From Sedimentisphaera cyanobacteriorum (GTDB lineage: Bacteria; Planctomycetota; Phycisphaerae; Sedimentisphaerales; Sedimentisphaeraceae): 32,000 bases of DNA. Below the pieces are notes generated by a model, which made no database searches, was not told where the DNA came from, and was given only the letters and a program-made list of their open reading frames with translations. Made by a program: the position numbers and the translations under genes. Location of the stretch: contig NZ_CP019633.1 in NCBI RefSeq assembly GCF_001997385.1, forward strand, positions 2,730,001 through 2,762,000. The letters are read 5' to 3'. Shown in pieces: positions 1-7,326 of the stretch; position 1 is the stretch's first letter, and every line of letters begins with the position of its first letter.

Positions 1-130
1 GTGGGTCTTCTGATGGGCCGGTATAGCTCGGGTACGGCTCAACAGGGGGCTTGGTGATCAGGAACGAGGGTGCCGCCGCCACCGCCCCAACTAAAGTGAA
101 CAAGATTAGTGAAAATAGTGCTTTCTTCAT
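1..130 (-). CDS. 5' end of a secreted-protein gene (signal peptide region only; continues past the window start)
   Basis: ATG at 130-128 on the minus strand follows an AAGGTG Shine-Dalgarno-like sequence about 5 nt upstream. The frame stays open to position 1. Hand translation MKKALFSLILFTLVGAVAAAPSFLITKPPVEPYPSYTGPSEDP has a Lys-rich n-region, a hydrophobic core and an Ala-rich cleavage-like site. It is too short to appear in the ORF track. Confidence 0.4.
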   Translation of the reverse strand, partial: MKKALFSLILFTLVGAVAAAPSFLITKPPVEPYPSYTGPSEDP

Positions 131-704
131 ACTTACACCTTTCAACAAAAAGTAACACTTAAAAGCATCCGCAACGCACGAACGCTAATGTTCCTGCTTT
201 GCATCGGGTCTTGCTGAATGAGGTTAAGGAAAGCCATGTAAAAAACTCAAAGAATTCTCAACCTTTGAATAACAATGCTGCCGGCCAATATCTGACGCTG
301 ACAGAAAACTTACAGCTAAGTAGCTTTCCTCATTATAAACTTATTTTTTCGGAGTCAAAGAGAAAATGTAAATTTACGAAAAATTTTAAATAAAGAGCCG
401 TTAATATATTAACATTTTTAATGAGCTGAAAACTTGTTAATTTCTGACGAGCGATAATAAAACATTTAATATGTCAGAAAAGATTAATTGGGGGAAACGC
501 TGTTCCCTGCAAGACGCTGAAGAGCATCTCAGTTCTTTGAAAATACCTTTTTTAATAATATTCTGAACAAAAAAAGGTGTGCATGCTTTTGATTTTTAAA
601 AAAATGTCAAAGTGCCGGCCTGTCTAAACATTACCTTACTATAAGACCCTGCGAGAAGTTATCGCTTGGTTGTGTAAATTGTATTACTTTTAAAGAGGTT
701 TATT

Positions 705-2828
705 ATGAGAAAATTATTATTTGTTTTAGCGTTAGCTGCCTTGCCGGCGGCAGCTTTTGCCTTTGCAGGCATAAATGAGCTAATTACTCACAACGGCTTT
801 GAAGAGCCCTACATTGAGGGCGGCGGTGTATGGGTAGATATCGTGGGCTGGGAAGACAAAAATGTTAATGGCCCGCTTGATTCCAAGCTTAACGATGACA
901 CGATTCCGGGAGCCGAGTTCGACAATCAGGTGCTTAGGCTTAAGCCTAATTTCTACACCTCTCAAGCCACTGGCGCCAGCTGGAAAGCTGGAGACCAGCT
1001 TCTGCTGAGCTTTAACGGTATTGAAGCCCGCTGGAAAGCTGGCAGTCTTGGCAATGAGTTCGATGCGCTTATTGTGGATACGGCAAACTTCGATCAGGTA
1101 ACTGGTAATGGAATTTTGTGGAGTGAGCGAGTAAACCTTGACGGCGCAAATGATAAAGTATCCAATGCACCGGACTGGCTTGATAAGCAGACTTTCTCTT
1201 ATAAGATTGACACCACCCAGTTCCCGCAGGAATATGAGGGGGGAGAGCTTACCCTAAGGTTAGAGGCAATTGGCGGCATTTGTCAGGTTGACAATTTTTC
1301 ATTAGGTTTCACAGGCCAAGCCTACGGCGGTTCTTACCAGCAGCAGCCGGGAACAACCGGCATTGATGTTGACCTTAGCTGGATGGCCGGCACGGATTAT
1401 ATGAACCCGGGTTCGGGAAATGATGTAAATCCGGCAATAGTCGATCAGTACGTTTATGTATCAAACGCGCCAGACGCAGAGCCGAATTTTGTAGGCGCTG
1501 TTGGTGCAGACCCGGGGCAGGTTCCCGAAAGCACCTATCAGGTTACAGGTCTGGGATACGACACTGAATACCAGTGGCAGATTGTTGAGGTTCTCGATAC
1601 CGCGGTTGACCCGCTGCCTGACATAGGCGACGGGGTAAACGAGCTGCAGAACGCTTCTGTACCGGAGGCTTACATCCCGAGCGAAAAGTGGAGCTTTGTT
1701 ACTATGAGCGATGAGCCTGTATTTGAATCAATTTCTTCCAGCCCAGACTTCCCTGCAGCGGGAGATGATGTTACTGTATCGGCGGTTATTGAAAGCGCGT
1801 CTTCTGTGCTGGCTTCTGATATAAACTGGAGCTTTGGCGGGGTGCCGATTTCAGAATCTACATTTACAGACAATCAGGACGGGACATACACCACTTCTAT
1901 AACAGTTGAAGATGTTTCTCTTGCTGATTCAGGTGAATACACTTGCTCAATAACAGGATTCTCACAGATAAGCAAAGCGCTTAATATCAAGAGGATGCTC
2001 GCACACTGGAAAATGGACAATGACCCTGCCAACTGGGACGGAACTTACCTGCTCGACGTATGTATGGAAGACCCGGTCGCATACAATGCAGACCCGAACG
2101 ACTATTTCAGCTTTGTTGACGGAGCCATCCCGGCCCAGACTAATCAGGGCATTACATGGAACGGACAAGTTGGCGGTGCTGATGTGCCCGGGCTTAATCC
2201 GCTTTCAGAAGAAGGCGATATGACTATTACCGGATGGGTTTACTACGAAGGAAACACTAACGGCTGGGGCGTAGTTGCAGCTCAGAAAATAAGTAATGAT
2301 GTAGGAGACTACTGGAGAATCGCTGTACAGCCAACAAGAGAACTGAGTGTTGGAGGACCTGGCGGGTCTGCAGTCAGCAGCGGAACATTGCCGCTGGATG
2401 ATTGGTGCTTTATAGCTGCTGTTTACGACAGCACCGAAAGCGGTATAGAGTGTTCAGCTTATATTATCCCCACTGACGGGTCTGAAATGAGCGTAGATAC
2501 AGACAGTGGCGGTGTAGGCGATGTTGAAGAAACTCCTGTTTTCTCTATTGGAAGAACTTCCAATGCTTATGAAACGCCTGCTAATATGTTCGGCAAGATA
2601 GATGATATGAGGGTGTTCAATTATGCTCTCAGCGAAGAAGAGATTGCACAGCAGTTCTACGATGCTTCAAATAATATCATCTGCGATCCTGACAGCGCAA
2701 ATCCAAATGATGTTGCCGGCCCTGATGGGCTCGGCCCAGACTGCAGCGTGGATATGTATGATTTCGCAGCAATGGCTGAAAGCTGGCTGAACTGCTCGCT
2801 TGTCCCTGCAGAAGTCTGCGATATGTAA
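705..2828 (+). CDS. Secreted multidomain non-catalytic binding protein: CBM-like beta-sandwich, FN3/Ig-like region, LamG (Laminin_G_3-like) and C-terminal dockerin-like repeat
   Basis: ATG 705 is preceded by AGAGG (694-698). Signal peptide MRKLLFVLALAALPAAAFA. The N-terminal block runs from NGFEEP to QVDNFSL, typical of the edges of CBM4/9-like jelly rolls. There is an Ig I-set-like GEYTCSITG motif. The LamG-like block reads MTITGWVYYEG ... DDWCFIAAVYD ... GKIDDMRVFNYALSEEEI. The C-terminal tail is GPDCSVDMYDFAAMAESWL. I recognised no catalytic motif. Confidence 0.85.
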   Translation: MRKLLFVLALAALPAAAFAFAGINELITHNGFEEPYIEGGGVWVDIVGWEDKNVNGPLDSKLNDDTIPGAEFDNQVLRLKPNFYTSQATGASWKAGDQLLLSFNGIEARWKAGSLGNEFDALIVDTANFDQVTGNGILWSERVNLDGANDKVSNAPDWLDKQTFSYKIDTTQFPQEYEGGELTLRLEAIGGICQVDNFSLGFTGQAYGGSYQQQPGTTGIDVDLSWMAGTDYMNPGSGNDVNPAIVDQYVYVSNAPDAEPNFVGAVGADPGQVPESTYQVTGLGYDTEYQWQIVEVLDTAVDPLPDIGDGVNELQNASVPEAYIPSEKWSFVTMSDEPVFESISSSPDFPAAGDDVTVSAVIESASSVLASDINWSFGGVPISESTFTDNQDGTYTTSITVEDVSLADSGEYTCSITGFSQISKALNIKRMLAHWKMDNDPANWDGTYLLDVCMEDPVAYNADPNDYFSFVDGAIPAQTNQGITWNGQVGGADVPGLNPLSEEGDMTITGWVYYEGNTNGWGVVAAQKISNDVGDYWRIAVQPTRELSVGGPGGSAVSSGTLPLDDWCFIAAVYDSTESGIECSAYIIPTDGSEMSVDTDSGGVGDVEETPVFSIGRTSNAYETPANMFGKIDDMRVFNYALSEEEIAQQFYDASNNIICDPDSANPNDVAGPDGLGPDCSVDMYDFAAMAESWLNCSLVPAEVCDM

Positions 2829-2890
2829 TTACTTGGCTCAAAAGAGCATAATTTGAGATTACTTTTTTAATTTTTACACGAGGTTTAACT

Positions 2891-5014
2891 ATGAAACGAT
2901 TATTTTTAATATTAATTTTAACTGCATTGCCCGCAGCAGTTTTTGCCTTTGCACCAAATAATGAACTCATAACACACAACGGTTTTGAGGAGCCATTCGT
3001 CGATGGCGGCGGTGTATGGGTAGATATCGTAGGCTGGGATGATAAAAACGGCACAGGCCCGCTTGACTCCAAGCTTAACGATGACAAGATCCCAGGCGCC
3101 GAGTACGACAATCAGGTGCTTAGGCTTAAGCCTAATTTCTTTACATCCCAAGACACAGGCGCATCCTGGCAGTACGGAGATCAGCTTGTGCTGAGCTTTA
3201 ACGGGATTGAAGCCCGCTGGAAAGCTGGCAGTCTTGGCAATGAGTTCGATGCGCTTATCGTGGACACAGAAAACTACGATCTGGTAACAGGAGACGGAAC
3301 TCTATGGAGCCAGAGAATGAACCTTGACGGCGCAAATGATAAAGTCTCCAATGCACCGGACTGGCTTGATAAGCAGACTTTCTCCTACAAGATTGACACC
3401 ACCCAGTTCCCTCAGGAATATGAAGGCGGAGAGCTTACTCTGAGACTGCAGGCAATCGGCGGTATTTGTCAGGTTGATAATTTTTCATTGTCTCTAACAG
3501 GCGCGGCCTACGGCGGTTCATCTACTCAGCAGCCGGGCGCAACCGGCATCGATGTTGACCTGAACTGGATGGCCGGCACGGATTATATGAATCCTGGCTC
3601 AGGCAATGATGTAAATCCGGCAATCGTCGATCAGTACGTTTATGTATCAAATGCGCCAGGCGCAGAGCCGAATTTTGTAGGCGCTGTCGGTGCAGCCCCG
3701 GGACAGGTTGCTGAAAGCACCTATCAGGCTGCAGGCCTCGGCTATGACACTGAATATGAGTGGCAGATTGTTGAGGTTCTCGATACCGCGGTTGACCCGC
3801 TGCCTGAGATAGGCGACGGGGTAAACGAGCTGCAGAACGCTTCTGTACCGGAGGCTTACATCCCGAGCGAAAAGTGGAGCTTTGTTACTATGAGCGATGA
3901 GCCTGTATTTGAATCAATTTCTTCCAGCCCAGACTTCCCTGCAGCGGGAGATGATGTTACTGTATCGGCGGTTATTGAAAGCGCGTCTTCTGTGCTGGCT
4001 TCTGATATAAACTGGAGCTTTGGCGGGATGCCGATTTCAGAATCTACGTTTACAGACAATCAGGACGGAACATACACTACTTCAATAACAGTTGAAGATT
4101 TTTCTTCTGCTGATGCAGGCGAATACACCTGTTCAATTACAGGATTCTCTCAGATAAGCAAAGCGCTCAATATCAAGAGGATGCTCGCACACTGGAAGAT
4201 GGACAGCGACCCTGCAAACTGGGACGGAACTTACCTGCTCGATGTGGGCACCGAAGACCCGTTCGCATACAATGCAGACCCGAACGACTATTTCAGCTTT
4301 GTTGACGGGGCAATCCCGAGCAAGACTAATCAGAGCGTTACGTGGGACGGCGCTGTAGGCGGTGCTGATGTACCCGGTCTTAATCCGCTTTCAGAAGAAG
4401 GCGATATGACTATCACAGCGTGGGTTTACTACGAAGGAAAAACCAACGGCTGGGGTGTTATTGCAGCTCAGAAAGAGAATAATGAAGACAAGAACTACTG
4501 GAGAATCGCTGTTCAGCCAGACGACAGAATCTTGGTTGTCGGCGGAGACAACGGCTCTGTTTATGGAAGCGGGGTATTGCCGCTTGAGGACTGGTGCTTT
4601 ATAGCAGCTGTTTACGACAGCACAGAAAGCGGTCTTGAGTGCTCTGCTTATGTAATCCCGACTGATGGTTCGGATATCACTGCTGATACAGGCAGTGCCG
4701 GACTTGGCGATATAGCAGAACAGCCGATCTTCTCTATCGGAAGAAATTCTCAGCCGGCAGACCCATCAAATATGTTCGGCAGAATAGATGATATGAGGGT
4801 GTTCAATTATGCTCTCAGCGAAGAAGAGATTGCCGAGCAGTTCTACGACGCATCGGAAGTTCCAATTTGCATTACAGCAAATGCAAGCCCGGGCGATGTT
4901 GCTGGGCCTGATGGAACCGGACCGGACTGCCGAGTGGATATGTATGATTTTGCATCAATGGCGCAAAGCTGGCTTGATTCCACGATTCTTCCGTCTCAAG
5001 CAGGCGATATGTAA
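2891..5014 (+). CDS. Tandem paralog of 705-2828 (same CBM-like/Ig/LamG/dockerin-like architecture, also 707 aa)
   Basis: ATG 2891 is preceded by GAGG. Signal peptide MKRLFLILILTALPAAVFA. It is collinear with the upstream gene at a 2186-nt offset, and most residues look identical by eye. Tail is GPDCRVDMYDFASMAQSWL. Confidence 0.85.
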   Translation: MKRLFLILILTALPAAVFAFAPNNELITHNGFEEPFVDGGGVWVDIVGWDDKNGTGPLDSKLNDDKIPGAEYDNQVLRLKPNFFTSQDTGASWQYGDQLVLSFNGIEARWKAGSLGNEFDALIVDTENYDLVTGDGTLWSQRMNLDGANDKVSNAPDWLDKQTFSYKIDTTQFPQEYEGGELTLRLQAIGGICQVDNFSLSLTGAAYGGSSTQQPGATGIDVDLNWMAGTDYMNPGSGNDVNPAIVDQYVYVSNAPGAEPNFVGAVGAAPGQVAESTYQAAGLGYDTEYEWQIVEVLDTAVDPLPEIGDGVNELQNASVPEAYIPSEKWSFVTMSDEPVFESISSSPDFPAAGDDVTVSAVIESASSVLASDINWSFGGMPISESTFTDNQDGTYTTSITVEDFSSADAGEYTCSITGFSQISKALNIKRMLAHWKMDSDPANWDGTYLLDVGTEDPFAYNADPNDYFSFVDGAIPSKTNQSVTWDGAVGGADVPGLNPLSEEGDMTITAWVYYEGKTNGWGVIAAQKENNEDKNYWRIAVQPDDRILVVGGDNGSVYGSGVLPLEDWCFIAAVYDSTESGLECSAYVIPTDGSDITADTGSAGLGDIAEQPIFSIGRNSQPADPSNMFGRIDDMRVFNYALSEEEIAEQFYDASEVPICITANASPGDVAGPDGTGPDCRVDMYDFASMAQSWLDSTILPSQAGDM

Positions 5015-5030
5015 TCTTTAAAACTACAGG

Positions 5031-5057
5031 GGCGGGCACCTGCCCGCCTCTTCTTTT
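5031..5057 (+). terminator. Rho-independent terminator after the second LamG paralog
   Basis: GGCGGGC (5031-5037), loop ACCT, GCCCGCC (5042-5048), followed by TCTTCTTTT. It lies 17 nt after the stop codon at 5012-5014. Confidence 0.75.
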
Positions 5058-5106
5058 ACTGCAAAATTAACTTTCATTTTAAAAGATTTACCGGAAAATT
5101 ATCTTT

Positions 5107-5640
5107 ATGAATAAAGATTCTCAAACAGAAGACTTCGTTAATCTGCTGCTCAATTCACAGGGTAGGATTTATGCGTATATCCTCAGCCTTGTCGGAAATC
5201 ACGACGATGCTGAGGATATAATGCAGGATGCAGTTTCTGTAATGTGGCAGAAGTTCGACAGCTTCGAGAAAGGAACTAGCTTTATCGCATGGGCATTTAC
5301 GATATCTAAGTATCAGGTGCTCAATTTCAGGAGAACAAAGGCTCGCCACTCTGAGAATCTATTTGCCGACAATGTTTTCGAATTAATTGCAGAGCAGGCC
5401 GAAACTGAAAGCTGCGATAATGAAAAAATGGAATGTTTGGGCGAATGCGTGGCGAATTTAAAAGAAAACCATTTCAATATACTGAAAATGAAATACTTTT
5501 ACGGTCTTTCCGTAAGAGAGATAGGATCAAGAGTCGGGCTCGGCAAAACAGCGGTTTACAAAAGACTTTCGAGGCTTCATGCTTTTCTGAGAGACTGCGT
5601 TAAGAGGAGATTGAAGGCGAGGGGCAGGATAGATGGATAA
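5107..5640 (+). CDS. ECF-type RNA polymerase sigma-70 family factor
   Basis: 177 aa. Region 2-like sequence DAEDIMQDAVSVMWQKFDSFEKGTSFIAWAFTISKYQVLNFRR. Region 4 HTH-like sequence LSVREIGSRVGLGKTAVYKRLSRLHAFLRDC. It resembles the expanded Rhodopirellula/Verrucomicrobium ECF group; the group assignment is from memory. Confidence 0.9.
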   Translation: MNKDSQTEDFVNLLLNSQGRIYAYILSLVGNHDDAEDIMQDAVSVMWQKFDSFEKGTSFIAWAFTISKYQVLNFRRTKARHSENLFADNVFELIAEQAETESCDNEKMECLGECVANLKENHFNILKMKYFYGLSVREIGSRVGLGKTAVYKRLSRLHAFLRDCVKRRLKARGRIDG

Positions 5641-7306
5641 GAAAACTTCAATAGAATTAAATTTCCTGCTTGCCGGCGGCATGGAAGGCGGGCTTACTGA
5701 TGAGCAGCGAAGCAGACTCAATGAGCTTTTAGAGAGAACCCAAGAATCAAGGAGCTATGCACTTGAGATATACAGGATATCAGCAGGACTTAAAAAATCA
5801 GCCAAGGCTGCTGAAGCCTTCAGCCAAAGAGAGAGCCCGGAAGATTTTACGCAGAGATTTATACTCGATAATTCAATAGGCAGCCCCGAGCTTTTAAGGC
5901 TTGGAAAAAAAGAGCAGGATAAGCCCGAAGAAACCGAGCCGGATATTTGCGAGTGTGCCGAGCAGAAGAGAAAAGTGAGTATGCCCAATCTTATTTTAGC
6001 GGCAAGCTCAGCAGCAGCCCTTATCTTCCTTCTTCTATGGGCAAACCTCGCCCCGGGAAGATTGCCCTCCGAGCAGGTGGGTGTGTTGAGCGAGGCTATG
6101 GACACAAGCTGGGCAGAGAAAGCTGAAGTGTTAAATGTTGGTGATGATGTCTTTACAAACTCTGCTGCAATCGCGCTGGATGAAGGCTTTATTGAGATAG
6201 AATTGAACAGCGGAGTAAGCTTTACAGCAGAAGGCCCGGCTTCGTTTGAAGTGATTTCTGACGACCAGATTGAGCTTAGCTACGGCGAGTTATATGTTAC
6301 TGTTCCTAATCAGGCTGTGGGGTTTCAGGTAACAACGGAGAACTCCAAAATTATTGATCTGGGCACTGAATTCGGTGTATCTCAGGAGATTTCCGGCGAT
6401 ACAGAGGTGCATGTAACAAAGGGGAAAACGAGTTTTGTAACAAGGAAATTTGTAAGTACAAACCACATTAATATTAACGAAAAAACAGCGTATTGTTTTG
6501 ATGTTTCAACAAAAAAAATCCTGGAGGTTAATTTCCGGGAAAACAAATTTGTTAGGGAATTTGATACCGATAAGCGAATTGTATGGAGGGGCGGGCCTAT
6601 AAAGCTCGCTGATATCGTTGCAGGCGGGAACGGAATGAATAATCTGAACGTTAAAAGAGAAGCCATCAGCCCGGGTACTGGCAAGGTTTCTCAGAGTCTG
6701 CTTTTGCGGAACTACGTCAAGGAAAGCATTGAACTAAAAAAAACCCATTTCGCTTTTCATCCGGTAGAGTCTAATCCTTTTGTGGATGGCGTTTTTGTGC
6801 CTAAAGGCGGCGAAGAAACCTGTACTGTAAACAGCAAGGGGCATATCTTCCAAGAATGCCCGCCTACAGACGGCAGATACTGGACTTACATTTGCAATAT
6901 ACAATCTTATAATTTAGATTTTCAGGGATGGAAAAAACAACGGGAGCTGAATAATTTCAGAAGGGCTTCCAGACATGCCGGAATTTTTATCCATCCAAAC
7001 GCCGGCATAACTTTCGACTTGAATAAATTCAGGGAAATAACCGAAGCCGAAAAATTCACTTTCAAATTCAGCACGCTTATCTCAAGCTCCGACAAAACAG
7101 ATAACGGCAAAGCGGATTTTTGGGTGCTTACAGACGGCGAGCTTCGATACAAGAGGTTAAAAGCTACAGCTGAAATGGGCGTTGAAAATGAACAGATACA
7201 TATCGATTCAGACACTGACTTTCTCACTCTCGTAACAACCGGCGGCGGCAACGGCAACGGAAATGACAGGTGCATATTTGAAGAGCCTGTTCTGATTGCT
7301 GAATAG
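5633..7306 (+). CDS. FecR-type transmembrane anti-sigma factor with a long unassigned C-terminal extracytoplasmic domain
   Basis: The start ATG 5633 overlaps the sigma stop codon by 8 nt (ATGGATAA), suggesting translational coupling. One predicted TM helix, PNLILAASSAAALIFLLLWANL. FecR-like beta region GELYVTVPNQAVGFQVTTENSKIIDLGTEFGV. About 250 further residues have no motif I can assign. Confidence 0.8.
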   Translation: MDKKTSIELNFLLAGGMEGGLTDEQRSRLNELLERTQESRSYALEIYRISAGLKKSAKAAEAFSQRESPEDFTQRFILDNSIGSPELLRLGKKEQDKPEETEPDICECAEQKRKVSMPNLILAASSAAALIFLLLWANLAPGRLPSEQVGVLSEAMDTSWAEKAEVLNVGDDVFTNSAAIALDEGFIEIELNSGVSFTAEGPASFEVISDDQIELSYGELYVTVPNQAVGFQVTTENSKIIDLGTEFGVSQEISGDTEVHVTKGKTSFVTRKFVSTNHININEKTAYCFDVSTKKILEVNFRENKFVREFDTDKRIVWRGGPIKLADIVAGGNGMNNLNVKREAISPGTGKVSQSLLLRNYVKESIELKKTHFAFHPVESNPFVDGVFVPKGGEETCTVNSKGHIFQECPPTDGRYWTYICNIQSYNLDFQGWKKQRELNNFRRASRHAGIFIHPNAGITFDLNKFREITEAEKFTFKFSTLISSSDKTDNGKADFWVLTDGELRYKRLKATAEMGVENEQIHIDSDTDFLTLVTTGGGNGNGNDRCIFEEPVLIAE

Positions 7307-7326
7307 TTTTTGAAAATATTTTGACG

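Larger units (their letters stand above)
681..5014. repeat. Tandem gene duplication with a period of 2186 bp (unit = leader plus 707-codon gene)
   Basis: 705-2828 and 2891-5014 align codon for codon, with compensating 1-codon indels inside the LamG part. Divergence is mosaic: 1572-1851 vs 3758-4037 shows a single mismatch by my reading, while the flanks differ at roughly 10-20 percent of positions. Confidence 0.9.

Noticed and set aside
199-393. A 64-aa ORF in the long intergenic region
   Set aside because: It is AT-rich and low-complexity (Lys/Asn/Leu rich). It has no Shine-Dalgarno sequence, no recognisable motif and no signal peptide. It is most likely a chance ORF in a non-coding spacer.
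705-5014. The 707-aa paralogs as glycoside hydrolases or lyases
   Set aside because: I could recognise only binding-type modules (CBM-like, FN3/Ig, LamG, dockerin-like) and no catalytic signature. I called them non-catalytic binders pending profile searches.
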